From Lingula anatina (Eukaryota; Animalia; Brachiopoda): DNA of 64,000 bases. Location of the stretch: assembly GCA_051362555.1 (NCBI GenBank), contig CM120648.1, positions 8,428,587-8,492,586 of the forward strand. The letters are read 5' to 3'. A program made the translations under genes and the position numbers. The number at the start of each line of letters is the position of its first letter. Positions within the stretch are counted from its first letter, which is position 1. Under the pieces are notes generated by a model, which searched no databases, was not told where the DNA came from, and saw nothing but the letters and a program-made list of their open reading frames with translations. Positions 24,401-38,700 of this stretch are shown here, piece by piece.

Positions 24401-26379
24401 GGTACAGACCTATCCAGCTTAGATCTCTTAAAAGTGCATGTGTAGTAGTCTAGAGGGGTGTTTGGCACTTCCTGGTCCATGATGTTAGGAATTCTCAATG
24501 TTTCCAGGATCTTCCCTGACCAGTTACTGCTGGGGTTGGGGTGTGCCTGAATTTGAATTTTTTTTTAAATTTAAATAATGATAATTAATATTTTAAGAGT
24601 TTATTCAGATAAGACAATTTTCTGTTTACTGTAGAGATGTTTCTCTTTCTCTGTCTCTCTGTGTCTGTATCCTTAGATATGGAAAATCATTTAATATGTC
24701 TGGCTCACACTAATATAATTTGAAAGCTTTGCCATCAATACACAGAGCCAGATTCAGTAGTGAAAAACAATCCAAATTCTCCAATGCACTGACATTTGGT
24801 TTTTTGTCTCAAAATAGTTCTATTGACTAATCATGCTGATACATTATTTATGCCCCGTGTTTGGTACAAATTCATATGGGGATTTTTTTCTGAAATTAAA
24901 CCAACAGATCATCCAGAAATGTATCCCAATAGAGAATTTCTGAGTGAAAATTAGAATCAGTTCTTGGAACAATGATTTCAGCCTTAAGTGCATGACACTG
25001 ACAGTGCCTAAAGAGAATTGTTTGATAAAAAATTAAAACAGTTTCTATTTTGGAAACAGGTATGTCTCAACTGCATGGGACAGAAATAACACAAAAGGAA
25101 TTCTAAAGGAAAGGAAAGCATCATTTTGTTCTTAGACTCCAAGATAAGTCATTTATTACACAAAATTTGTATAACAGTGAAGAGAAAATGTTGATTTAAA
25201 GCAGGATAATATTTTAATTCCTAAAGTTAATATGACAAACTTCTGTCATTTGAATTAATAAATAATTTTGTGAAAGTGGTTTGTGACAGCAAAACAGTAA
25301 CCATAGAAACCAACCTGCAGTGGCGCCCTCATGCTGAGGTCTTCCGCGTACACACACAGCACATCCCAGGGGGCTGACAGCTTAATGTAGAAAATCATCT
25401 TCTTTTCTCCCTGAACAACTTCCTAGAAACATGACAAAAATGTAGACAATATGAAAATCATTTATATTTTCCCTGAAAAACTGCCTTGAAAGACGGAGAC
25501 CAAAAATGTAGAAAATAGTCTTCTTTTCTCCATGAGCAAATTCTGTGAAATATATTACAGTCACAATTATTATTAAATTATTATTTATTATTATTATATT
25601 TATTAATTTAATTATTAATTAATTATTAAATTCCATCAAACCTGGTTTGTCTTGCATACAGGAAACAACAGAGCTAACTAACACATCTCCTCTTGTTTCC
25701 AAGATACTGGTATAATCACCATATTTTGATTTTTACTCAAAGCCAGGAGGAGGCATGTTAGTCAGTTAACCTGACTGCATTCAGCGAGAGTCAGTGTGGA
25801 ATGAGTGTGCATTAACTAGGTCAACAGAATTTGTTGTTAATGGTCCTTATCTCTCTAATACCTCTTCCATATCCAGACCAGCTTTTTTCAGATTTTTCAG
25901 GAATTTTTGCCGCCATATTTCTTTTCTTTCATCTTCCGACAACTTCCTTTTCTTGTCTGCAGGGTCGGCAGTTTTCTTCTTCTCTGGCTTTTCCACTTTG
26001 TCTTCATATACAAGAACAAAGTCTGAAACAAACAGACATGGCATCCATTTGCTTAATTCATATAAAATTATATGAATCTCATATAAAGTTCTATGTGAAA
26101 GAGAGAATAAAAAAAAATCAAATAAAATGAAAGAGAAGACATGAAAAAATGCAATGTCAATTATGAACAGTCACATTATATTATGTATCAAATGAATATA
26201 TGTATTGAAAAAGGGGGGGGGGGGGCAACTTATTAGTATCAAGCCAAATCAGCATATCACTCATACACTGTACCTATTTTTCTTTTTCCATCCCTGAAGT
26301 AACTCCCCTTATCAAGAGTGGGATCATACTTTCCAACGTTATCATGGGGTGCAGGCCCTTCGTCGTCACTCGAGATCAT
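16530..26379 (-). CDS. ANO7: Anoctamin/TMEM16 family protein (anoctamin-7-like), 19 core exons, 850 aa before N-terminal additions
   Basis: Exons 26274-26379, 25862-26022, 25315-25422, 24410-24546, 23852-24020, 23496-23661, 22855-22945, 22222-22388, 21647-21867, 20843-21038, 20252-20363, 19725-19779, 19359-19456, 18699-18823, 18179-18384, 17896-18029, 17351-17441, 16903-17034, 16530-16607; all GT-AG and phase-consistent (2553 nt). Motifs: [85 protein letters not shown]. The ANO7 label rests on motif resemblance; exact orthology is unverified. Confidence 0.93.
17617..17831. mobile_element. Harbinger-type MITE, family A
   Basis: TIR GACTGCATTCCCACAGAT, TAT TSD; homologous to 11191-11448 and 40131-40344. 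Confidence 0.8.
19459..19538. repeat. (AATAT)n microsatellite, about 16 units
   Basis: Read directly; abuts an anoctamin splice acceptor. Confidence 0.95.
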
Positions 26380-27643
26380 CTGCAATAATACAAAAATAGT
26401 GTAATATTTAACACTTCATCATATACATGTATATATGACATTTTATCATCTGAGTTCAGGTTCTTTGTTGTTAACTGTGGAAATCCTTGGAGATGTCTGT
26501 AGCCAGGTGTCACTTGCCGATGTGATAACACTTTAAATTAGCATTTAAGTACAATAATATTATATATTTTATTACAAATATTTATATATAGGATTAAAGC
26601 ATAAGATTTGAAATGAACTGTTCTCTCTGCCATATAAAAAGATGCCAGTCAAAGCTGCTCTAAAATCAAATAAATTTTGACCATGCAGTTGACCTGCATG
26701 TTGAAATAAGCCACTTACTTTTTTAGCGATGTCTACATGGTACCATGAACAGCATGCAGTGATTTTATCAAAGCCAATTTCAACAAAGTATCAAAACATA
26801 CCAGTATCTGATCAATTTTCAAAGTTTCAAAGCCTGGTTATTTGTCTGATAAATCCTCTGCATATAAGCAAAGAGAACAAGTCCATGAAAGAAACAGGTC
26901 CTACTTTTCACCTCTGTCTCTTTTATATAAATGTCATGCACTATATCCTGTAGCCTGTCAATAGTGATTTACAGATAAAGATCAGCAAAAGTATGCACAA
27001 CAACTATGGTGTGCCCCACAAGAAACCAATTAACTGACACCTGAATGATCAAAAACTAATAGACCAAAAATTTCCAACAGGTTTAAGCAAAAGTGATTAT
27101 TCATACGTACTTCTCGAGTTAATGTTTTGTCAGTAATAGTTTTTAAAATTTAAGACATTTTTTGGGGAGAACAAGTTCCAGGGTTAATCTGGCCCTTCCC
27201 TTAATTCATTCTAAACATCTCAGTGTTAATAGACAAGTTTAGAAGAAAGAGCAGAAGGTAGCCCCACGTAGGATCTAGTTGGCGGGGAGAGGGAGGGGGG
27301 AGGCTGAAACAAACATATAGGGTGTGGTGGGGGGAGGGGACTGAAACCTACACCTGGGCCATGTAAAGACTCTTAAAGATATATAAGAAGCAAGAATAAA
27401 TGCCCTGTAACAACATAATATATGTAATTTTTCAAACTGTAGGGTGAAAAAAATAGAGGCTTTAAAGAGGCACTTAACATTTCTTGTTGTAAATTTGATC
27501 ATAGACTACTTATTTTTCCTCCGGTCTATCAAACCAAGAAAATAAACAGAATATATCTGAGCAAATCTCTTTTTTTTTTTTTTTTGAGAAAAACAACTAG
27601 GTTCAAAATAATGTGGTAATATAGTGGTATTTGGCCGGTTTAA

Positions 27644-28109
27644 ATAATAATAACTCTTCGTTTTGACCAAAAATTGGATATTCCTGGAGTAAACGGCAAT
27701 TTTCCCATACTTACCAATGGTCAGCAACCCCATTCCTGCATTCAAAGTTAGTCCAGGGTTTTTTCCTAAATGTTTGGTTTTTTTGTTAAAATCTCTTAAG
27801 AGATTTTAATCTCTTAAGAGATTTTAACTGACGGAGCCCTCTCTGACATTGCAGAGTCACGCGATATCGAGCGATAGTTTCTGGTGACCTACTTAAACAA
27901 CCTACAACAACGCTACTAAGTATATAACAATTGGCAACGGATGCCTTGACGACTGGGAAGAAAGGCATCGAAAGCCCTATTGACAAGCACAGATTTTAGT
28001 TTTACTCCAATAACGGCTGTGGTAAAATGCAATAGAATATATTTCCATGCGTTGTTTACAATGTATTTCTTGCGGAATTTTGAATCTCAAAGGAAGAGTT
28101 ATTATTGCT
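27644..28109. mobile_element. TTAA-flanked (Kolobok-like) non-autonomous element
   Basis: ttaa|ATAATAATAACTCTTC ... GAAGAGTTATTATTGCT|ttaa; CpG-richer interior. Confidence 0.5.
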
Positions 28110-28282
28110 TTAAGTAGATAATAATTTGAATTAAGTACTTGCTTAATATGTATCTTTATATGAAAGTCCACTGGTCCAAAGGGTAATGTGCAATTTAATA
28201 ATCCAGTAATTAAAATAGAGTTATTGTCAGTTTCCAAACACCACGCAAGTTTCCCAAAACCAGTTCAACCCACATATCATAC

Positions 28283-28324
28283 CCTTTCACTTTTTATTGT
28301 GTGCTCATCTTCACTTGTAAGCTG
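28283..28324 (-). CDS. Candidate 42-nt anoctamin N-terminal exon (QLTSEDEHTIKSER)
   Basis: tttgtttcag(cag) acceptor, AGG|gtatga donor, phase 0-0, matching the exon that starts at 26379. Confidence 0.55.
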
Positions 28325-28899
28325 CTGAAACAAAATAGAAAATCAAAAGGTTTTAAATTCTTATCAAAAAAAAAAAAAAAGCTGTTTATTCAGTGACATG
28401 TGGACTATCACTGGAAAGTCAGCATGAAACTGGGCACAAATGATGAAAAATTAACAGTCACGCATGTCTGCAGTAGTAAGGGCCTAAAACTGAAAGGAAA
28501 TCAAATGACAGCATTAATTAACATATACTACTACCGCCCAGGATGGTCTGCTTAATGTACACAACATATCCTGACAATCTCCTAAAGAGAAAGAGAGAGG
28601 AGAGAGGTGAAAGACAGAGATGAGAGAGAAGGGTGCATTGCTTTCTATCATAGCAGTGTAAGAAGCCAACTTAATTTAGACGTATATATGTAATATATGA
28701 CTAAAATCTTTATCTTCAAGAATTAAGTCAGAATTTTATATAATGAGGATTATCTTTATATTCTTTAATTCCCTTCAGAAGAGCATTTGCCTTGAAGTCT
28801 TACAATCAATTGATGAAAAGTAAAACAATGTAATTAACACCTGAACAATATACAGTCATTCATCCTTAAAAACCCTAAAAAGGGGGAGAAAGCACTCAC

Positions 28900-28941
28900 C
28901 AAGGTATCCCCTAATCTTCTGTATTCAGCTGTTTCAGCCAT
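28900..28941 (-). CDS. Candidate alternative first coding exon of anoctamin (MAETAEYRRLGDTL)
   Basis: accATGG Kozak context, consensus gtgagt donor, phase 0. Confidence 0.55.
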
Positions 28942-29975
28942 GGTAAGATATTTGATCCAAATAGGTTATAATGCAAACTCCATCAAATCAGTGAAATAAG
29001 TAAATTAAAATATTTTGTGCACATATGGTTCCAACGTACAGCATGCATGCAGGACTCCTTTTTGCCTCTGAAATCTGCTTTCATGGAAATGTAGATCGAA
29101 TAAAGGATGAGTGATCATTCCAGCAGTGAGTGTCTGGATCTGTAGCTATTAACGTCTACCTCACAAGTCTATTCAATCCAAAATCAAACTCCTTTCTAAT
29201 CCTAGTGTACAAATGGGTCAATCCTCTGGGGTTTTTGAAAGGTCTTCAATCCATCTCTTGATTTGCTATGAATATACAACCAAACATCATCTTGGAGTCT
29301 AATTTTGAGAAATCAGTCAAATTCAAAAAGTGTTCTTTGCAGACTATATAATATACAGTGTTTTCTTTATTCCACAAGTGACCAAGAACATGTCACTGAA
29401 ATCACACTGTCACATGAAAAAATCAAATCAAAATTAATATATTAAAGTTGAGAGATCGCTTTTACATTTTAAAAGTGCCATGACTGCCATCCCTTGGGGG
29501 AAAATGCCATTAAAAAAATTCACCACTCTCAAGAAGCAGTCAGTAAAATCCCCAATTTTGGGGATTCTGAGAGGTACTTTATCCACAATCTAAACAATTC
29601 TGTCAATCTTCTCAATGGAACCTAAAAAAATCCATTCATTAAAAAATGACATTACTAATAAGTTAAACATAATTATAACAATTACCACTGCTGATCCTCC
29701 AGCTATTTCAGTCCCCCACAACATTCACACACTGGCTTCATCACTAACTCTTGTACATTCAAATCAACAACTGACCTTTCACTGAAACTCCTTCACTGAA
29801 CGTGCATGGATTAAAGTATTATTATGATTACACATTCCCCATTGAGGCTGGACATTGTATGGTGTGTGGACACAAACTGGCCACTGTAGGTGGATTTTAA
29901 GTGGTCACTGTACATTGAGCCCAATCATGGTAGCTGGAGCCTGCTGCGTACTTAATATAAATACTTAACCACATA

Positions 29976-30131
29976 TAGCGAATTCAGAACAGAGGAGTGA
30001 CAAATCTGCGGATCAAATATGACTGATCCACTTGAATGCTTGTTGCATAATCCCTGCTGGGTATCTATTCAGTGTCTAATCAGGAATTTAGCGGCAAGTG
30101 GATCTACTCGTCTGCTGTTCTGTATGTGCTC
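29976..30131. mobile_element. Degenerate family B MITE
   Basis: attcagaacag...ggatcaaatatg...tctattcagtgtcta...ctgttctg matches the other family B copies. Confidence 0.6.
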
Positions 30132-33100
30132 TTATATTTACGTAATACCTGTTTCCAGTGGGGACTGGTTGACCTAGCTTGGAACTGCCCATCTATACTG
30201 AGTTTGACAATGAAGACTGAAGTTTTGTCATGAAAATATCTGATTCTCTACCTGAATTTTCCTAGCAAGCAGACTCTTTCTCTTTCACAATATTATTAAC
30301 AATTCACAAACAGCTCAAAGGAACTCGATCCTTCTCCACTCAATGTCATGTAACTCATATTGCTCAAAACACACCAAATGTATATAAAAAAGTACTTTTT
30401 GAAAATACCTGTATTATAAGTCAAATATTTCTGTTACAGTATCACAAATGAGAGGTGCAGAGTTCATAATTCTATTTCTTGCCTTCATTATTTCTGTAAA
30501 ATAAATGGAAGTTAGAACAAAAAGTTGCTTTTATGTGTAGGCCTTTGTGTGTATACCCCTACACCCACAACGTTTAACTGAATCCTATATGCCAGTGACC
30601 TGAGAAGAAATGTTTATATTGAGACCTGAGCCCCGTGTCAGGTGAGGAATTTATGTACTAGTACACGTTTTTTTCCAGATCAGTTACTACTAGTATATAG
30701 TTACCAATAAATCTATAGCATGCGATTTGCACCAACCCTCATAACCTTGCTCACAATTACATGCGTACGGATGGATGGATGGATACCCTTACTATTAAAT
30801 ACAAAACATTTCCTGCATCCTTCATTGTACACCAAAATAAAGGCCTGCACTTTTTCTGAAATTTTATCCCCTTAGTTCAATTCACCCAACATGAAAAGAA
30901 GCACATAAGGTAAAACCAGTAGCTAGATCAAATTTTGATTCAGAGAGGGCCTTTATCTTTCAATCATCCTGAATCCATCCCGACCCCATCCCGCCTGCTA
31001 AAAAATCAAACTATTAGATAGTATCTACAAATGTGCCCTGATGGTTCTTCATCGATGAACCATCCAATACACTATACTTACTCACATCTGCACAATCCTA
31101 AATCACAAACTGGAACTCTGGATGCTCAATTTAACTGTCTCATGTCAAATAAATTTCACACAGAATTTTGAATCAAATTAAAGAAATTTCTCTCCCATTA
31201 TAACATTGTGCCTGTGGTGAAATTTATGGTAATAACTGGTGTTTATTTGCAGCTTTTCAATTTGTGATGATGCTAGAACCAGAGCAATGGAGAGCCCATT
31301 ATACCATACATGGCCAACCTTGCATGAAGTCTGTCATGGTCTGCATGGTTGTTAAGAGACATGATTCACAGATTTAAACAAAGGATGGATTCCGAAATAT
31401 TTCAATATAAAACCATTTTTTGAAATCAAAGTTACCAAAAAATGTCTTATAGGTTATGTTCTGATTAAAGGGGAATCAAGGGAATCATTTTGTCATGTGC
31501 ACTAGTCCTGAAAAGGGCACGAATAGCATTAGCTTAAGCTCCTTCTAGTGAAATGATCATCTCATGCCATCTTCATATGATCATAAGTATTCTATAATGC
31601 CATGCCTGCCAAGAAGTTACTGACTAGAGTATCTTTAATATCAGTTATTCCTTTTTGTGGTCTCAAAGGTGTAATTTGCCACTGACTAATTAAAAAAGCA
31701 TAATGGGGCACTTACATGATGGTAAATATAATGATAAGTGATATTTTCACTCTTTTATTATTTTACTGCGCACATTACATTTTACCCAGCACAGAAACTC
31801 CAAAAACTCTTATTCATTTTTTAAGCACTGCATGGTCACAGACTAGATACAAAACTGCACACTAAGAATTATATACAACCCACATCTATATAGAGTACAG
31901 AGCTTCAATATACAAATACTATAACATCTCTTAATAATTTATTGAAACAGGACAAAAACCACATAAGCGTAAAACATGCTTCTTTGTCATTATTTCTATG
32001 TCAATGCAATTTTGTTTTCATGTTGAACAATACGAATTCTGAAATAAGGTTTGAATTAGTAGAAAACTGGACTGTTTTATTGTCACCACTGTAAATGACT
32101 TACCATGTGTCCCTGAAGAAAACTTTAAGGCACAGTCAACTAGAGGGTACCAAGTGTTCTGGGGTCATCATTTTCCTGCCACATAAAAAGTGTGCACTGA
32201 GCACTGACCTAAAGCTACTGTATAGGCTGTCACCGAGCACCAAATCAAATTATTCCCCATATCTTGTCCTAACCTCAGCAGGAGGTGACCCAATTTATTT
32301 TTCCTAATAAACTTGAAAATAATATCCTCACATCAGTGACCACAAAAGGGTTGTGGATTTTTCAAAGGCATATCTTTTTTCTCCACTGTGGCAATAAACA
32401 ATCTTTAAAGGTGGGCAGAAATTCATCTTACAGTGGAAACCCTGTTTAATAGTAAATGATACCCTCGATACTGAAATTCACTCCAAGGGTTTTAACCTGT
32501 CCAATTATATATAACCTCCAATGACATCTCAGGTACAACAGGGCAGTTTGAAAAGAAAAAAAAAATTCCAAGTTAACAAAAATGTTTAGCTTGAGGCAAG
32601 AGAGAATTAATACAGTATTAATATACATGCTTTGCATTTTTACTTTGTCTAAAATAAGTCAAATTCAAAATGTGTGCACAAAAAGAAAAAAAAGTGTCAA
32701 AGGTGCATGAACACCACATTTATTAAAATCTCATTTGCAGAATTCCATTTTTAGTCGACCCATGGCTGGTTACTGATTTCTCTGAATAATGGCCCTATAA
32801 GGTACAAAGTATGTTTCAAATCATACCAATTGCAGTTTCATTGAAATTTGAAAAAGAAAAAAGAAAATTGAGTCCCATACACTTCACCTAGGTACAGCTG
32901 ATACAAGCTCTGCATTTGTCAACATTGACCGCTGCTGTCCTAATATGGAATATAGGCAAAATGCCAAAGCTCACACTGTCTGCACATGAGTATCAAGTGT
33001 GCTGCTCAATTTTCATTCCTCATTCATTCAAATTTATTCTGTTTCCATAATAACATAATTGATCACAATTTATGTAGTCCCATCTTGAGAATTTACAATT

Positions 33101-33643
33101 TTGGCAACTATGCCTCTGGTAACTTGATACAAAAATATCCCCGCCTGCCATTATCATCTCTATACATCAGACAAAATAGCTACAATAACAGTTGTATATA
33201 TACCATATCCGTTTAAAATCAACACAGTATCTTCTAGCCTAATTACTTCAGTCAATCTCCAATTTTGTCAATTTCTCCACTTACACTGAGCACAGACAGG
33301 CACTCTGTCATTATTGCCAAAATTTTCAACCTGCCTCTTAAAGTAATGGTGCACATCACTACAGTAACAGTACTGAATGATGGCAAGATTATAATGAAAT
33401 ATGAGTACCTGCTTTTTGATCTTTATGTGCCAGGTATTTTGTTTTTATTCAAAGCTGTTCTGTATCTTTAAATATACTGCTTTGATTTTGTCAACCTAAA
33501 CTTCTCTTAAGTATGCGCTGACAGGCATTTTTGCAACGATAATGTTGTAGAAATATTTTCAAAACCTTCCTCTTGATAATACTGATGTATGGTTTCAGGA
33601 ATAAGTTTTGTAAGTAGAATTTTTTTTTTGAAATTTTAAAGTC

Positions 33644-33876
33644 TATAAAAACCATCAGTTAACATGGATCGGCCCAACTCTGCAGGGGCCCTCGCTGACT
33701 ACAATTAGCTTAACTGAATGACATACCTCCTCCTGACATTAAGTACTATACAGAAAAGCTGGTGTTTACAGAAGTGCATTGGAAACAAAAGGAAGCATGC
33801 CATTCAGTTAAGCTGATTGCACTTAGCAAGAGTCCGTGCAGAGTTGGGTCAATCCATGTAGACTGATGGTGTCTAT
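33644..33876. mobile_element. Foldback MITE with ~75-bp imperfect TIRs
   Basis: accatcagt..catggat..cccaactctgca..agcttaactgaatg versus cattcagttaagct..tgcagagttggg..atccatg..actgatggt. Confidence 0.65.
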
Positions 33877-33954
33877 GAGAATGGGGTCCTACTCAACTAA
33901 AAAAAAAACAAAACTTTCTTTTATAGCTTATTTCTATTACTTTTATGGCTCTAA

Positions 33955-34256
33955 GGCCACATTCACATCGAGTTGAGCCATGGCTCTACAAAGCCACGAC
34001 CTAAATATGGCGGACGTACATGAAAGGAAAACCGCCTAATCTTTTAATAGTCTCTCCGCCTCTCACACGCCTCCCCATGTGTCGTCCCAATGGAGCCGAC
34101 ATTTAATGACTGTACCCCCGCAGAGAAGATGCATGGGGAGGCGTGTGAGAGGCGGAGAGACTATTAAAAGATTAGGCGGTTTTCCTTTCACGTACGTCCA
34201 CCATATTTAGGTCATGGCTTTGTTGAGCCATGGCTCAACTCGATGTGAATGCGGCC
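33955..34256. mobile_element. PIF/Harbinger-type foldback MITE, ~125-bp TIRs, TAA TSD
   Basis: taa|GGCCACATTCACATCG...CGATGTGAATGCGGCC|taa; the arms are near-perfect inverted repeats. Confidence 0.85.
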
Positions 34257-36412
34257 TAACAATTTATTGAGACACATGTGCATGGAAGCATGTATTGATG
34301 ATGATAACACACCAAATTTTGTGTTATTTTCCACATTTTTGTCCTTTATCTTTGAAATTGACTGAGACAACATAAAACCATACCGTGAAGAGATAAGACA
34401 CATGGCTGAATGCATGGCTGATGCTAAATGTGAAGAATTTCACAAGGGTTGACTAGAAAAGAAAAAACCAACTGAACCAGAGAAGATATTTTTCATCCCC
34501 TATAGGGAATACATAATGGTCAGGGTTGTTGGACAACTATAAAGCATGAACATTGTTGGTTTTATTGAATATGTGAAAATTAATGTTGTAATGATAAAAC
34601 CTGCTATGTATATCAAGTCACATGGCTTTTAACTAAAAGACTAAGCATAATTTTGATGAATTTTTTTTCCTGTATGAAACAGACTTTTTGCATGCTCTTT
34701 GCGAGCAAAACATTAAAACTGCTATCATTATAATGAGACAATGAGACTCAACCATTACTACCCTGTTATTGTTAAGAATATGTAAATTTAATTGAACCAT
34801 GACCTGAATCAACATTATTAATAATCAAACTCAATATTATACGATTTTCACTGTCGTAAATTTAATCACCAGATGCACCTATTTTGACATAACAAGTTAC
34901 ATGACTCTTTTGAGGATATGCATTATCAAGTCCCAATGCATGACTCCCTTTCTACAGGCTCTCTGACTCAGTTCACTGATTCTTTTTATACATGTTTTGG
35001 CACAGTTTTACTTTTACATAAAGCAAGGTACTTTTACATAAAATAGAATGCACTCAGAACATGGAGGTCATATTGGAAAAAAAATTCAATCCTCAGTGAA
35101 ATTGTGCTTGATATTAATATCATACTAATAATGATCCAAGCATCCACTGATTTGACCACAAACTACTCAAAAACTATTGCACTGTTTTCTGGGCCAAATC
35201 CAAAAAATGATTGGACAGCACAGATGTGCAAAAATTATAAGCGAAATAAATGGAATTAAGTTAACTGATTACCATGTTGTGAACAACATACAATATTGAA
35301 TACCAGCCTTTCAGCACATGCCTGCAATACAATATATACATCTGGGACCCCTATATTTCAAAATTAGTAATTTAAGATAACCTGTAACTGCTGAAATAAG
35401 AAAGCTATAATTTTCTTCATATTGGCAATGATAGTTTAATCTGTCAGGCTTTCAATCATCATATCAAATGTTGTGTCTAATATATCAAGTTGAAATGCAT
35501 CCCAAACTGTTTTTGCACCAGTGGGGCTTATGTAATATATATATATTTCAATTCAAAGCAAATCAATAGCCACTGATACACTCTAACTCAAAGTACCAAA
35601 AATTCCCATTAAGATTTTTTATTTTTAGTTAACTTTCTGGAGAAATTGTTGGTTTTTTAATTTCAAAGTGCAACTCTGTAATTAATTATCTATAATAATT
35701 GATCACCATGATAACACTCCACTTGTGAAAACATTTTGAATGTAAAATTATTAGGCTGTGCCAAATTCTAAAACACCCCTTGATAAAAATACCTTCTTAA
35801 ATTGCTTTATGTAGACAGCAAAATCATATTTTTCCTATTTCGACTATCTCAGTCTATAATGTAATTTGCCAAAAAATAATGATGATGACATCTTTGCCTG
35901 CAAGCATAGCAATCAATAAACCAAATTATATTTATTGCTATTATATCATGATGTCCTTAGCATGGTTACCACCAATTCAAATGCATTACTGTAAGTGGAC
36001 TAAAAAATGGAGATATCATAATGTACATAGCTGACTTAAAGAGGCACTGAGAAAGAGAGAAAGTGAAGGAGGAAGAGAGACAGGCTGACTTTGATGGATC
36101 CAAAACTGGCTGAAATGCATCAATCAATACAAAATCTGCAATAAAAAAAAAAGAAAGAAAAACAAAAAAAATGAACATTCACAGAACTGGTTATGAAGCA
36201 AACCAGGCTGCCAAACTGAAAAAAAAGAAGAAAAAAAAAAAACAACAGTGTTGATGATCAGTCGACATATTTGTCATCACCTCATAAAATTTAGCCCAAT
36301 ATTCAGCATCAATAAATAACAATATAAACTATGAAAAAAAGATATAATGAGAAAAGTGGATGCAGCACACTGAAATAGATGAGATAGGTTATTGACAATA
36401 AATATCACTTAC

Positions 36413-36538
36413 CAATTCATCTTCCCTGATAAAGTTGACCTTATCATCTCCAGAATTTGTTGAAATTGTCCCATAATCCTCCATGGGGACAGCAACGCCA
36501 TTGATAATTCCTTTTTCTGGTTTTCCACGTAATGACAT
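36413..36538 (-). CDS. Candidate alternative first coding exon of anoctamin (MSLRGKPEKG...FIREDEL)
   Basis: aaaATG start, 42 open codons, gtaagt donor in phase 0, upstream tttttcag acceptor near 36583. Confidence 0.6.
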
Positions 36539-37507
36539 TTTGTCTGCAACTGTATATCTGCAGTAATTCAAGCTAGGTCATTCTGAAAAATTAGAAAAAA
36601 ATCCTAAAATTAATATAGTTGGAAATATAAATGCACACATGCACACACATGCACACACACACACACACACGCACACAAATGCATGACCATACCCAGAGCC
36701 TCAGAAATTCTCATGCCAGACCCCCCTTTCCACCCTCTAATTACAATGACTTTCTTGAACTTTTGGAATTAACTGCACTGAGTCACAGTGGTAAACAGCA
36801 GAGTAAAAAGTCAGAAGAAGAAAATGAGAAAAACAAAATTTAATCTACGACTTGCAGTCCTGCTTGGCTGCACAAAACATATTTAGTAGCTTTTTTTTTG
36901 CTATCACTGAAATAATTGAGGTTTTTGAAATTTGTGAGCAACATAGATGACATTAAGAATGTATCATGGGAATACATTCCTGATGACATATGAAGCTTCT
37001 TGGCTGTCTACAAGCAAAAAATCTTAAGTCTTTTTTTATTAAAAACAACAATTATTTTAATCTTCACAGGAATAATTGTTTTTTTTTTTTTTTTTTTTTT
37101 TTTGTGAGTTATTGCAGCATTTATCAATAATACTAGTGGGCGAAGGTCATGACTTCATTAATACAAATAATTATTTCTTAATACATAAAATATTAATCAT
37201 TCCACTCGGTAACAACATCTAAGTGGAAATTAAATTAACAGCAGGAAATCTCAACGGTAACCAGGACAGCAAGTCAGACAATTTATACTTAGTGGTTGCA
37301 ATTTTGGGATTAACACACACAAATACGAATAAAAAAAAAATCAATCAAATGTCCTGAAGACAAGTCTCGGATTGAGAGAACAAACGAGACATGGCGTTAC
37401 TTCAACAGTTGCTGGATTGGAATGACTGAACAAAATCGTTTCTCCTGTGGTCTGATTATCTTAAAATGATTTTTATCAACCCATCTCTTATGACTTACCA
37501 AGTCTAA

Positions 37508-37728
37508 GGGTACATTCACAATGAATATCTCATGTACTAGGTACTGCACACTCTAAACTCCAAAAGTACCCAATGGCATGCTAGTTGCAATCAGATTAAC
37601 ACACCAAATGTTTCTTATGTACTTAATCACCAGGTAGAGATGTGCTAATCTGTTAATCCGATTGCAATCAGCAAGAGTTCCCCTTGGTATGCAGTAGCTA
37701 GTACGCTAGACACATTGTGAAGCCTCCC
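37508..37728. mobile_element. Degenerate Harbinger-type MITE
   Basis: taa|GGGTACATTCACAATG ... CATTGTGAAGCCTCCC|tta with internal inverted motifs. Confidence 0.55.
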
Positions 37729-38439
37729 TTAAATACTGTATAAATTTTTATATTCAGACAATGACAATATAGGATGACTATGTGCCATACATTTCCATTT
37801 CTAAACCAGTTAAAACAATTATATTAATTTATCATAAAAAGTACATTTGTTTCTAAAGAGAATAAATGTGTTTTTAACCTTTGAGGCATTTTATGTTCCC
37901 ATACTTCAACAAAGGGGCTTACAGGTAAGAAACAGTAAAGGTAAGAAAAAAATTAGATTCTTTAAGAACAAATTAATTTTTTATCACAAGAGTCAACCCA
38001 AAACCTATTTTAACATTCAATTTTCTTAGCAGAGGAAGTTAAACTACTGGACATAAGCACATATAATGTACCAAATATGAGATGTGTCATTTATCTGGAA
38101 TAGTTACATTATTATATGTGCAGCCTGTTTAAATAATAAATGGGCATGGACTAGGATACCAAATATCCAATAATTGTCTCCTATATTGTGATATTTGATG
38201 AGTGTATAGGATCACAGCTGACGCTAATTACACATACAAGTTGTATGTACAATACAGTCAAGTAAATATGAAATTAAAACATATATTATTGTTTCCACGA
38301 TGGTTGTCTCACAATATATAAACACCTGCTACTGTCAAATAAGAAACACTTGAAACAACACCTGAGCCATTAAATTGATCGTCACAATTAGTGTAACTAC
38401 ATTGTGTGGTAGAAATACTTGTTTTACACTGCTTTATAC

Positions 38440-38700
38440 ACGGGCCTCAAAAAGGATAATTTCTGTTTGCTACCACAAGCCATAGATTTTGGAGCACAAA
38501 TGTCCAAATTAGAAACTCCAACCACGGATTAAGTACCCAAACGTAAAATTAGTAGCCACGAACACAGCGTCAGAGCGATTTGTAGGTCATAACACTGTGC
38601 ATGGGCTCTTAATTTGTGGCTCCCGTTGATAATTTTGGCATTTGTGCTCACAATTCTGAGATTTGAGTTCACAAATGCACGATCCCTTTATAAGGCCTGA
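38440..38700. mobile_element. Degenerate foldback element
   Basis: ggcct..aaaggat and gagcacaaatg..aaatta are mirrored by taattt..catttgtgctc and atccctt..aggcc. Confidence 0.5.
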
